From Tubiluchus corallicola (taxonomy: Eukaryota > Animalia > Priapulida): 64,000 bases of DNA. Shown piece after piece: positions 1-12,751 of this stretch. Positions within the stretch are counted from its first letter, which is position 1. Each line of letters opens with the position of its first letter. Made by a program: the position numbers and the translations under genes. The stretch is taken from positions 162,652 to 226,651 of the forward strand of contig JAQGDQ010000378.1 of assembly GCA_030141605.1 (NCBI GenBank), written 5' to 3'. The notes under the pieces are model-generated. The model was not told the origin of the DNA and made no database searches. It saw nothing but the letters and a program-made list of their open reading frames with translations.

Positions 1-463
1 GGGACACTCGCTTATAAGGGACCATCAACAACGGTCCCGATTTTCGTAACGTTTTTCGTATGCAAAAATCTTCGTATATAAGGTACTCGGATATAAGGGA
101 CTTTCGGTTATAAAGGACGATATTTTTATGTCCCACGTAATAGATACCCATGTAAATTACCTCGCATATAAGGGGCGCTATGATCAAAGCGAAATTGATT
201 GATCTTTAACCTCAATTTTTCGCTCCTCGACCTTCCAACTGCTCGGTTTCTGTAGCCACATACATCTCGCATCACTAAAGGAGCTCCCTACATACTGTAT
301 GCACTGAATGTGTAGCAATAATCCATAAAAATATGGGTAAACGTACAGAAAAGTACAGGTCTAGATACACCTTCGGTCTGACTCAACTCTGGCTATAAGG
401 GACATTTGATATAAGAGACGTTTTTTCCGGTCCCGAGGTGTCCCTCATATACGAGGTTGACTG
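1..463. mobile_element. Tc1/mariner-pogo-type MITE, left end cut by window edge
   Basis: Right end GTGTCCCTCATATACGAGGTTGACTG followed by TA (464-465); window start GGGACAC is the reverse complement of GTGTCCC; repeated TATAAGGGAC subterminal motifs; non-coding. Confidence 0.65.
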
Positions 464-840
464 TATGTGGTTTACCCGAAACATTTGTGTGTTTTGGATG
501 TTCACTGGATAATCTTGTAATTTATAATGATCTTCCCTCAGTATGTGGTAAATTGATATTATACATAATGGATGCTTGTATTAACAATTTTCCATTATTT
601 TTGCATTTTTGCAATAATATTAATGGTCTGGCCCAACTGTCATTTTCAAATGTCATTTAAGACTTTTGTGAAAAAAAAAACACAATTTCATTGATGTGCA
701 GTATGTTTATTTTTTCACTGTCGGAATATTTTTACATTTGTGAAATTCTGTCACATAAGATTTTTTGGTTCGGTCTATTTGTTGGGTTGTGCTTGAGAAG
801 TATCTTATGAAGTAAAACAGCTTGAATCTTATGATTACAG

Positions 841-3800
841 ATTAGTAGAAGGGGAACTCGTGGAGGACGGACGCAAACCAGAACTGCGCTTCATATCAGA
901 GACATTGTCAGAGTAAGCAGTGCTTGGATAAATTTTAGTTTTTTATTTAATAATGAAATAGTCTGATATGAGTTGTCTTTTGTGTTAACTGAGAGTCGAT
1001 AGCCAATTGTTTGTAAATCAGAAATTCTTGATTTGCTGATAAATACATTTCAGAATGCGTACTTTTAAAAACAGAGTGTTTTATTTAATTTTTCTTTCAT
1101 GGATTTATAAAATTTGAAATAAACGACGAGCCTGATTCGGTCTGTAAATATATCTCATTTTTCTAAATTTTTAATTCTTCGATGCAGTTTTGCTTTTTTT
1201 GTACATTAACTTATACTTACAGTCTCTTCAGAATAACAAATAATTTAAAACGTACTTCACATTTATTTATTATTTGTTAGTTTAAGAAAAGACATCAACA
1301 AGTTACTCTATTAACATTCAGTTATCATTGTATCATTTGTCAAAATTTATGGAATAGTTAATATGTTTCTAGTCTGCATGACGTGGATTTGATATGGAGT
1401 CACATGGATTGGTTAGCAAGGAAAGATGCAGATGCTGCGTTGAAGGTAATATTTTATCTTTAAAATTATTGTTAACAGTCAATTATGGAACAATATTTTG
1501 TTTTCTAGTATCGATACTGTTTAATAACTTTGTCTCTAATACCCTGTTCATAAATTTATTTCCCTTTTGTTTATTTTTGTTGTCGCGAGTCATTTTTTGA
1601 TAGTTGCTGCCCTTTTTGACTTTTTAGTATAATTTGTGCTGTTGTACAGCCTTAGTTATACATACATGACATCAAAAAAAGGCTAAGCATACTCAGTAAT
1701 AACATTGCAGAGAATGTTCTATGTTAAACGTTTTGACAAGTCAATCACCCATTTAATCTTCAGTGCTCAAACGCTGTCAACTTGATATTCTAGTGCCATG
1801 TCACTGCCTGGAGCTGATAGGTATCAAGTCTAAGTGGAATAACCATCTCACGCGTTAATCGTACTAACAGTAGTGGCTGTAACAGTTTGAAGGCTTCGAA
1901 AGAAGTGCTAAGTGATTTTGATTTAAAGTTTCTGTTTTAACTGATGGCAAATAGTAGAGACACATGCAGTTTGTGGTTGACTACGTTGGTGCGCTGAAAT
2001 CTTGTTGCCCTAACTAAATGATTCTGGATTTCCGGATTTCTCTGAAAATACTGTCACCAGGCATTGTGAGGAATGATAGTTAACAAAAATCCAACTAATG
2101 TGTCTTCATTAATTAAACGTCCAAAAATATTCAGGCTGTGTAATTATTTTCCGAATTCTGATGCAAGGCTACTTTGTGATTTTGCAGCACTTGATTAAAC
2201 TGCTGCGAAATTTTTGTTTTACCGTAGACAGCTCATCCTTAACACGATGAAATAGAGTAAAAACTTATGGTACTGTAGACACGAATAACTTAAATGTTCA
2301 GAAATTCATTTTAATATATTTACAATCATAAAATTCTCCAGAGTTTGATTACTCTAAGTATACACCTCGTTTTTTTTTTTAAATTGTATTAATATCTCAT
2401 GAAAGCTAGATGCTTGAACGTGTAACGCTTCATTATAATTAATTATATATTATAGTCCACCACCTAGTGTTTGGGCATGTTTCGTTAATGTTTTAGTTTT
2501 TTTATTGTTTGTTGTAGGTTTTCATCTCTCACACGGCTATCGATGGAAAGATAACTACTTTACAGCCCGAATCGGTCATAGAATTCTTACAGCATTACCC
2601 CGAGTCATTAATCAAATATATGGAGTATCTCGTATTTACACAACTTTCAAAGGTAAAGTATGCTTTGACACTTGTACAATACTAGAATACTGTAAAAATC
2701 CAAGCATGCATGTAAATCTGTTGTACGAAATGTTTATTATTGTTGCTTTGATCAGCCCTGTTGGCTATATGTCGATATCTTACCTATCTAGGCGAATCTA
2801 TAGAATCTAGAGAATCTACCTATCTTGTGAAAATGGAATATTGTCTTAGCTTGCAAGATTTTTCGAATTTTTTCTTAGATTTAAACGACTTTGTTTTTTT
2901 AGAAAGAAAAACTTCACACCCAGCTAGCACTGTATTACGTAGACAGAGTGAGGCAGCTAACGAACTCGAACGCAATTAACGAAAACCTCATTAATCAGTC
3001 TAGGTATGTTACATGCTTGGGTAATAATTGTATTTCAATACATTTTTGCTCTTTTGAATTTTGTCATGAGTTGTCAGTTTTTCTTGTGTCACTGACATCA
3101 CGCTTGTATGTATCTTTAGAAAATTTAACCTTAAACATAATTGTGATCATCAACACATAGTTGTCAAATAAATGAAATGAGAAAATCAGGATATGTACAG
3201 ACTTTTTGATACGTGTATCTAATTTTCCATTTCCAGGGCAGATCTGCAGTATATGCTACGCTGGTCTTCACTGTATCGTGTAGAGATTCTGTTAGGAAAA
3301 GTAAAAGATATGCAGTTGTATACTGAGTGTTCTATACTGTATGGAAAGGTATGTGAATCAGCCTTTACGAACCCTTATTGTATTATTCAATAGCTGATCT
3401 GCTAAAACTCGATGTATGCAAACTAATCACTATCATGTTCTGATGAAGGTGAATTTCAGTTCTATATGGTGCCTGCAAATGAGAGATCGTTAAGATGACA
3501 CTGAAAAAATATTTATTTGAAGTTGTGTGCTCCTTGCCTTTCTGTTGCCATATGGATTTTTCATCTTCAAGAATAAAATGTTGACATTCTGTGGGAAAAT
3601 AGTATTATTTGTTATAGAATTATTATATTGTCCTTCTTCTTCAACTTAAATCCTCAGGAGAGCAGGCTTTAAGTGAAAACAATATTTACCCTCATAAAAA
3701 GTTATTTTGGTTGCCAGAATATTGTCAGTATGGCATGGGGCACTCTGTAACGTTAATTTAACAAAGTTTTCTTAATTTAATGTGCATTCGTGATATCATT

Positions 3801-6800
3801 CCCAGGATAACATGCTATTAAAACTTGGCCATAAATTGTTACAATAAACCTCCAGCATTTCAAACTTAACAACAAAAAGTGTACATTTAATATCTAAACA
3901 AGAAAAAATAAAAATACTGTTGGTTCAGTAAACTTAATCAAGACCAGCATTAAAATAATTGCCACACAGGTCAAGCATCACTTCAAAATATCACAATATA
4001 TCAATGCACAATAGTATCTTAATCAATCCGAGTGCTATCTCAGAATAAGCATTTCATTGTAAGAGAAAGGCTTTATTTGTGCTGCAATAAGACTTTCTTA
4101 TGATGAAAAAATATGATGCTCTATGAAAATAATTCATTTGGTTCGCACATTTCATTCAATTAATAACATCGTACAGAAAGCTTAATTTTTTTTATTCTGT
4201 AGCTAATCAGCTAAAACCCTATGTACGTAAGCTAGCAAACAAAATAGCAGCCAGTCTAACAAACTTGGAAACTGGATATGCCTTTGTTTGTACCTTCAAG
4301 ATAAACTGTGAGAAGATGCAGGTTGACCACCAATTAGTATAAAAATGGTTTGGGCTCCAGTATGAGGCGACCGACGTTACATGAAATAAAGGCAATATAT
4401 GGAAAGAAGCTAAAAACCACACATTTTACTGGGGTTAGGGTTAGGGTTAGGGTTAGGGGAGGGATGTGGCAGTTGGACTTGCACGACACAAGACAAGTTG
4501 GGAAAAAGTGACTAAATGTAATCAGATGTAGAATATCAGATGCAACTGATGAGTCTTTTGCATGGCTGAAACTTTAACGACTGTACAGAAAGGGATCGGG
4601 CTGAAATTAGCTATACTGCTTGCGGTCTGATCAACTACACCTTTTGCACTTTATAGCAGTTCTTTACGTATGTATATATATATATATCGTGTCAGTCATG
4701 TCTGCTTTTTTTATTTGTTATATTTTTATGCCCTTGTTATAGTTTTATAAGTGATATATTTATTTTCTACTATCTAATATCATGTACGTATTGTAAAATT
4801 GTTTGCTGTTGGTATCTGACCTGTTGATGAAGACATTCCATTACATTCCAAAATCAATTTTTTAAGCTCGGTGAACACGAGAAGGCTCTCGACATTCTGG
4901 TGCATCAACTTGGTGATTACAAAGCAGCTGAGGATTACTGCATCTCAAACGCATCGGGGAAAGATCGCAGTTCGCGACAGCATCTCTTCGCTAGTCTTCT
5001 ACATGTTTATCTAAACACGTCTCAAACGTAGGTATCCAACATTCCGTACTGCATGTTTGTTAGTTTGTTGATGAATTATGCAGCTTAGCGTATGTGTGCG
5101 TGTGCATGCGTGCGTGTGTGCATGCGTGCATACGTGCATGCGTGCATACGTACGTGGGTTGGGCTATTTGTTTATGTCAGATATTCTATGTTGTATCATA
5201 CTCATATCCCATAGATGCTATTTGAACAGCTAATATAGAGATCAATGTCGGCACTAAGCCTTGTGGTTAAGCGTCATAAAACTTTGGTTAACTGACAAGA
5301 CAGCTACAAGATAACTAACTACAAGCATTATGGAAAAAATGCGAAAAGCGAGTGGACATTTTGTAATGATTTGTCACTTATTCCAGAGAATGTATTAATA
5401 TCACACTTAGCTGACTGACCACCTTGGAAAAATTCAGCGTGGTTTTTATTGATTTTTAAAGAGTTCATGAGGTCTGTCACATGTTCGATTAATAATCGGC
5501 AACGTTTGTCTGTCCTTTTTGTCTAAACAAAAACAATCTAATCATGTGTATGCACACATTTGCAGTACCTTTGGTATGTTTAATAATAAATTTCTCGAAC
5601 GTTTACTATGGTGTTTGTGAGTAAAGTTATGACACTGTGGAGCAGCTAGCTAGTTAAACACCTGATTGGCCATTGTGAGGTGGACTCCCAAGATTGATGG
5701 TTAGTGGCAGATTCTGGTGCTTGCTTCGAGATCTATTGGGCTTAATTGTGAATACTTAAATACTTCACATACATGAACATTTTGTTTATGATGCACACAT
5801 TATTTTCAATTAATATTTCACATTTGTTTATGATAATAATTTTATGATGTGACAATCTTATAAATTTATCATAGTAAGATTTGGACTATATGTACATTTT
5901 GCAATTTTTTTATCAGTTACAGTGTTCCCTCGCTTATCGCGGGTGTTCCGTTCCAGGCCCACCCCTCGATAAGTGAATTTCCGGGAAGTAGGAACGCTAT
6001 ACTTATTTTAGGGCGCAAGTACTACATTTCGTTTTTGGTTTGTATTCATCCGCTGTATAAATACACTATTTAATGTAAATGGTAATTTTTTATGATTTAT
6101 AATATTCTTTTGATGTTAGAATTAATGTTTTTAATATATTTTTATACATTTTGCGATTTTTTATGCAAAATTCATCAAATCTATACATTACTGTACAATA
6201 CGTACTACGCATGCGCAACAATACTTTAGACGGAGTACCGCAAAAACCCGCAAAACAGCGAGTCTGCGATAAACGAACCGCGAAGTAGCGAGGGAACACT
6301 GTATTTTATGTTGTGTATTTTATGTGTATTTTTTGTTTTACACAAGTCATAACATTTTTCTTGTATAACTTGCATCGTGGTGATACCCATTATTAACCAG
6401 CTGTTTTACTGCTCAATGCTTATATCATGGCTAAACATTTTGTAAATGAGCATTACGCGTTATTTCCTATGCTTTCGTGGAGAACTTGAAGATATTTTTA
6501 CTAACCATGAACTGTAACTCAAATATTCTCATTTTCTTATAGAAACACAGATAGAAGTGAACTATTAGAGGCTTCCGTAAGATTGTTGAACAGCCACCTA
6601 GCTGACTTTGATGCCGTACAGGTACGGTGTTATGATTCAAATTGAATAATGTTGTCCTACTATCTAGTGTTGTAGCATAAAAATGATTTTGAATATTTCA
6701 TTTAAAATATTACCTTCTGTATCATCTCTGCTATCTCGTTGGTATAGATATACTTTCATTTGAATCTTTGGCAACCTTCAGTAAAGAACACCTACCTGAC

Positions 6801-9774
6801 AGCTACAGTCACAGCCAGCAAGAAGTAGCAAAGTACAACTATGTGCAGGGCCGGATTATGACCTATTGTTTCCCTAGGCTAATGAAATTATGGGACACCC
6901 TGTAATTCGCCTACACGATTGCACCTCTCTTGAATATTTTATACTCCTGATATATTTTAGTGACATTTACATAGCTTGAAGTAAACTTATTGCAAATTCT
7001 TTAGATAAACTAGAATGGCTATCTTGTTTGTCAATAAAAATATTCTTTAAGAAATGCCACTATTTTGTTATTTATTGCAAATCAAATTAGCACTTATTTC
7101 AACACAATCATAGTGAAATAACAGATTTTTTACCAAATGTTACCAAAGCTTGGGGGAACGCAAGTTTCAGGGGCCCTAGGCTGCAGTCTATGGGGTAATC
7201 CCGCCCTGACTACATGCCACTTGAATCAGGCGCTGCAATAAAATGATGGAATCAAATGATTTCTGCCAATCTGGGCATCTTAAACAGCTTCTCAGACAAT
7301 AAATCTGTCATATCCAAAAGAAGCCTAACAGTGATATTCTCTAGTCTCTTGCAAAACCTGCATTTTTGCTACTTTTCAAAAGGCATTTCTTACTTTCTCT
7401 TTTAAGTACTAGGTTTTCATGTTTTCTGGTTGCTTCCGATGTTTAGAAATTCATTTTTAGTCCGTGCAGACGTTAAGAAATGACGGAATTTCGTATATGT
7501 TTCATCCTGTCTTAATGCCTAGGTAATCATGCTTCTTCTAAGTACTGCCCTTACTTTTACTGTTATTTTGTACCTGTTGTACTACACGAAGAAGTATCCA
7601 TAATAGCAAGATGAGAATAGTTAAAAACTAATCGCACAGTTATGTCTCGTTTGTATCTTCATTTCATACTCATTAAAGCTGTATTAACTCAAAAATAAAT
7701 TTCCTAAAGTTAATTTATGATTTATTAATGAAATGTGGTTGTTGTAACTGATGTGTTTGTAACTTTATTTTGTCAAATGCAGCAAACTGTAGTAGCACTA
7801 TAATTGATTCAATTGAAATTTTGAGACGAAACTTACTTGACAGGAACAAAGTGTGAAAAATTTGTTACATAGGCTTTGCTATTTTGGGTTTTTTTCATTC
7901 TGTGTAAATTGTTCGTAGGTTACCTCGAAATCTTTGACTTTTTTCGTTATTATTATTATTTATTAGACAAAAATATATATATATTTATATGTTAGTAAAA
8001 AGTAAACAATGAAATTATATAGCAATGTTTAGTATGATAGTATTGCCTACGACTGTGTGCTATTAATAACAGCAGAGAAGTAAATCCTTGAACAGGTCAC
8101 TGCCTGTCACATAACCAGTAGTAGGTACACAGAGTATTAAAATAAAAATTAAAACATCGTAAAAATTACATAAAGTATTTAAGACAATTTACATATATTA
8201 CAAAAATTATCTACAAAAGTAAGTAAAGCAATTTTACGAGGTCTGAAGTTTTAAATGCTTGCTCTTGAATTGTATAATGATGCATAACAACCTGTTTGAA
8301 GAAGGATAATGATGTCGCTTAAATTACACTTGAGTTAGTTGATTCGACAGTCGAGGGAATCAGTTATAAAGAGGCCCGCAGGTGGGTTTATTTAAAGAGG
8401 ATTCAACCACATGTTACCATATCAGAATTAAACACTTTTCGGTTATTCTATTTGTGGCTGAACTTTGTTGTGTTTCACAAAGCAGTTGTTTTTCAAGGTC
8501 ATACGGATGATTCCTTCGCATTGGCCGATCGCAAAAGTGGAGCAGTTTCTAATGAGGTCTGTGAGGAAGACGCAATCCCTGGCCAGAACGAAAGTCATAG
8601 AGCAAGCTTTGGCTAGAGCGTATAGCATACGAACACAAGTGCAAGCTGCTAGTATCAAAAATAATCAAGAAATAATAACAGAAGACAGGTATGACACGAC
8701 ACTCTTTCAATAAGTTGCATAAATACGTGTTACAAATGAATACATAGGTGCATTAAGAAAGTATTAGAGTTTAGACATTTCTAAATTATTAAGTAATAGG
8801 GTAGTAATGGAATTACTGACAATAAGTACTTTTACTGACATCATGCTGTTTTTATTGATTTCTTTAACCACATACATTTCGACCATAAAACACGTTCTTG
8901 CACTATTTTCATGGTACTGGCATTGTATGTTGTTCTGTCTGTAATCCGCAATTTGATCTTTCAGTACTTTGCTCAAGTTTGCTCAAGCAGTTGTCGGGAT
9001 ACGCGTTTATATTGCATGGTAATTGGAACGCGCTTTTTTCTTCCAAAATGGCAGTATCCAAGCTTGAAGCAATAGTGACTTTGAATTGATTTTATTAATT
9101 ACACGAGATGCTTGTCGCACTTTTATTGCTGAAAAGTTCTAACATTTTTGTCAAATGTTAAAATAAGCTCAGCTTTGCGTGAGACTTGGATCTTGCTTTT
9201 AGGTACGGGGCTCTGTCCACTATTAGTAACATCAAAATGCGATTCACATCACTACGCACACCTGCACCAGCAAATTACATTCCCTGTCTAATTATGATCT
9301 CCTTTCTTACTTTAGAGGAATTTCGCGATTTGTTAAAAATTTTGAAATTATTGCTAAATGCAGAAATAACATCAGCACATGTAAAGTTTTGCCATTTGTA
9401 AAATGGAGAAATGGTTCCCCTATAATGACACTCTGATATCGTGTCTGGCAGGTTTACAGAATCAAAACTTTCTTTTTGATTAGTCGTAGTTACAAAACTT
9501 AGGGAAAGTGTTTAATTGATTTTTAATTTGTTTATATCCAACCTCAATTCACAATATAATCTTCGTTTTGCCCAGGTTGTGTGGAGTGTGCCATCGACCA
9601 TTTTCCGAAGAGGATTTTCTTAGGTTCCCCAATGGTGTTTTGTGTCATCCGAGGTGTGTAAGACATCGACACATGTGTCCTGTAACGGGCAAACTGTTTG
9701 ACGTAGCTTCCCCGAGTGATCAATCAACATTATCGAATCAGAGAAAAGCTAGTGCCAATAAAATTATGAGATAA
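841..9774 (+). CDS. TGFBRAP1: TGFBRAP1 (Vps3/Vps39 family, CORVET subunit), 3' portion, 9 exons
   Basis: Phase-consistent GT-AG exons 841-912, 1373-1445, 2518-2652, 2903-3003, 3237-3348, 4867-5027, 6543-6621, 8498-8688, 9576-9774. Peptides KEKLHTQLALYY, SSLYRVEILL, ILYGKLGEHEKALDILVHQLGDYKAAEDYC, LLNSHLADFDAVQVIRMIPSHW and LCGVCHRPFSEEDFLRFPNG match the C-terminal half of TGFBRAP1 as recalled (ILHGKLGEHEKALHILVHELQDFAAAEDYC; LCQICQNPF...VRYPNG). 5' exons lie upstream of the window. Confidence 0.9.
4432..4458 (+). repeat. Interstitial telomere-type repeat GGG(TTAGGG)4
   Basis: Directly visible in a TGFBRAP1 intron. Confidence 0.9.
5092..5155. repeat. (TGCG/TGCA/TACG)n microsatellite
   Basis: Alternating purine-pyrimidine simple repeat. 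Confidence 0.8.
5920..6301. mobile_element. Tigger/pogo-like MITE
   Basis: TIR CAGTGTTCCCTCGCT ... AGCGAGGGAACACTG flanked by TA on both sides (5918-5919, 6302-6303). Confidence 0.85.
6846..7208. mobile_element. hAT-like MITE
   Basis: TIR CAGGGCCGGATTA ... TAATCCCGCCCTG; imperfect 8-bp TSD ACTATGTG/ACTACATG; CCCTAGGCT subterminal repeats. Confidence 0.7.
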
Positions 9775-10479
9775 CGCCCCCGTTATGTTAATGTATGAAG
9801 AGGCTCCTGTCACCCATTTAGTCTGCAGTTTATTGAGATGTGATTGCGTGGATGACAGTACGAGACTGAGGCTGGAAAGTCGGTTGCGCTTGTTTAATAA
9901 CTAATGGCTAAACGAATTTGGAAACATGGCACAGTCGTAGCGCAGTTACAAATGTGAGCTGTTTGGATATGTGGTTATTATGATAATCATAGCTTCAGCT
10001 TTACAAATCGTTGGAGGCCAGTGTATCTAACTTCCTGTTCTGCTCATGCTGACATATTATCACGTATGGTTCATCATCATCCCGTTACATCAGTTGCAGA
10101 CATTGGGCAGAATTTTAAAATAAAAGAAACCTGCCTTCAGGACAGGTAAACACAGCAGTAATTGAGCAGAAACTAAACTTTGCCACGGTTAACTTGACAT
10201 TGACATTTAAACTGTCAACAGCCAATATATCAGGTGGGAACATATGAAAAAGAAATCACAGATTGTGATGATTTCTAGCACAGAATTCAGAATTTATAAA
10301 GTACTTACAAGGTGCTGAAGCACAATACGCATCCTTCACTTGTGGGTATGATTGCCGCATCCTCACGAACCAAAATCAGGACTGGTGGCAACCCTGCTTG
10401 TAGACAATAATGAGTAATTAAGGTTAAGGTATCTTGTTTATGTAGTATTCTGTTCATGTGTCAGATGATCTAACCGACA

Positions 10480-10754
10480 GGAGGCAGTGCTTAAATACTC
10501 TCGAACACTACGACAAGCTTAGAAGGCCAAAGAGAAAGACTAGATTTATTTACCTTTCCTCATTTAACAGACAACAGTAGCACTAACGGTTATTTAGCAC
10601 TTATACTTACAACAACACAGGTAATTAAAGACGCAACACACAAATAACATGTAACAAGTAGGTATACGCACTGGTGTTGGCAGCCGCTAGATTCGAACTC
10701 AAGACCGCTCGGTTGCTGTCCGAAATCTAAACACTTGGTTACTCAACCCAGGCC
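10480..10754 (-). mobile_element. tRNA-derived SINE-like remnant
   Basis: Minus strand starts GGCCTGGGTTGAGTAACCAAGTG and has a B-box-like GAGTTCGAATC (about 10690-10700); no full cloverleaf; 3' boundary approximate. Confidence 0.45.
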
Positions 10755-11397
10755 AAATATGCATTTATTGCAAATTAGCAACGAGTGCTAAAAGTTTGGT
10801 TAATTAGTAATATTGCTCTAGCATACCTAAGCTAAAACTTGAAACTTTGAATTACGTGTAGTTATTCATTTAATAGTACTGCAGAACTGCCAGGATCACA
10901 CATGGCTGTATAGCCTGTGGTTGGGGTATTCGGTTTTTAAATCAAAAGTCCTTTCTCTGATTAAAGTTTTGGTTTCAAAAATTCAGTAATTATGAGTTTA
11001 TTGTGTTTTTAAGCAAAGCAAACGGTGTGATAAATGTTATTACTAATTCTGAATGATATTAGCTGCATGGTCATGATAATCATTATGGTTATATATTGTA
11101 AAAAAATCATGCCACATGAGAATATAATTTGCAAATTCATTCATATATGTTATACATATAGGTTACTTATTGTAGTCATATTCTTATTAATCAAAATTAT
11201 GTAAATATTGAAAATAAATAATAAATTAAGGCAACATCGTGACACTTTTAGCTGCCATATTATTTGAACAATATGTTTGAGAAAGTGAACATAGAGTGCA
11301 CACGAATGTGCAGTAGTTTTAATATAACTTCTTTCTTCATCTGTTGCTCTAAACATCTTTCATAGACATTGAGTCTCTATTCTTTATTAGGGCATCC

Positions 11398-11700
11398 CAC
11401 TGTTTTCTGCCTGCAGCTAAAATTTTCAACTCCTGTGATTTTATTGTTAAGTTTGGTTTTCAGCTGTTGTAAATCTTTATTAACTCTTAATATCCAAGTT
11501 CTTTTTGGTTTGCCCGGAGATCATTTAGTAGACTTTGTTTAATGCTAATCTTACGAGTGTTGTTTCTGGCAAGCCCATTAAATGTCCTACCCATCTTATT
11601 GTTCTGATTTTAGTGCTTCAAAGATCCTCTTCGGTTCTGTTACACAGCTACTCATTTGAATTGATATATGGCCATTTTATTTTTAAGATTTTTCTGAGTA
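11398..11700 (-). mobile_element. Degenerate RTE-clade LINE 3' fragment
   Basis: Minus-strand translation with stops and frameshifts: LRKILKIKWPYINSNE*LCNRT, IRWVGHLMGLPETTLVRLAL, PGKPKRTWILRVNKDL, LAAGRKQW; these resemble the C-terminal motifs of RTE LINE ORF2. Confidence 0.7.
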
Positions 11701-12175
11701 GAGTAATGTAAAAATGAGTAGAATAATGTAAAATTAAGCAAAACCGTAAAAGATGGCAATGCAGCAATGGCAGAAATCTTGGTTTTATTCCTGTGCCTTA
11801 ATTTGTAAGTTGATATAGACATACAAATTTAATTCTCATTACAAACAGATGCGTCATGAGGAGGTGTTAGTATGTTAGATGCCTTATACATGTGTCAAGT
11901 GAAGTTATTTTGGTCTCATTGACATTGCAACAGGTACAAGTAAAATAAGTGTCTAGGCAGAACAAAAAACCAAACACGTAAGTAACTGATAGAAACTATG
12001 ATATATTTAATGAAACAAACCAGACCACAGTGCAAGAAACACACAGTTTATGTGTTGAATTTCAGAACAAAACACAGATTCTTTAATTATCAATGACGCA
12101 GTGGCACATTTATTTGCATCAAACCAGACACAAACACGAATGATGAACTGTAGAAAAAACCAATCAGGCAGACTG

Positions 12176-12751
12176 CTCGTGGCGTAGCAAAGGTTTGTGG
12201 CACCCGGGGGAAAAACACTTCTGGCACTCTACCTTTTTATGGTTTTATTTGTTTCATGGGTGAAACCACAAATTGAAAACCCTGAGCCTCACTTTCCTTT
12301 TTCAACATGATGGGATAAACGAATTTTCCCTAAGAATCGCCTGAGTTTGATTTGCGGTACTGCACCAGAATAATTCTTTTCTTTGCATAGGTCTAGGAAA
12401 ATTGATGGTAACACGACAGTCGTTAAGCTTTCCGTTCCATTAACTGCTGCAGTATTGATAAGTATTGCATTAAAACATGTAAAAAGTATGAAAGATGCAG
12501 AACATCTTGTTTCACAATTGGTATTTAGAGAATAACACCACTGTTTCTCCCAAAATTATCAAGTCCCCCACTGCCTACACATGCCGTAAAGTAACAACGA
12601 TGGCCTTCTTTTATGCTGCTGCAGTTTGAACACTTTTGTTAATTCCTTGTCAGATTAGTCATTAATAATTAACTAGAAGAATTTTGCACCCTCTCACCCT
12701 TGCTCCTGGGGACGATTGCCCCCTGTCGCCCACCCCCTTGCTACGCCTCAG
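12176..12751. mobile_element. hAT-like MITE
   Basis: Ends CTCGTGGCGTAGCAAAGG ... CCCTTGCTACGCCTCAG (degenerate CAGTGGCGTAGC TIR); imperfect flanking duplication GCAGACTG/GTACACTG. Confidence 0.6.

Noticed and set aside
4546-4575. CTGATGAGTC...GGCTGAAAC hammerhead-like motif
   Set aside because: Core spacing is off by one base and stems I and III cannot be formed.
9576-9774. Extra Cys/His residues (CHPRC...HMCPVTG) in the TGFBRAP1 C-terminus
   Set aside because: Consistent with the ordinary C-terminal zinc-finger region of Vps3/Vps39-family proteins; not evidently novel.
10674-10754. Possible tRNA gene
   Set aside because: Only a B-box-like arm is recognisable; no acceptor stem or cloverleaf, so treated as a SINE-like remnant.
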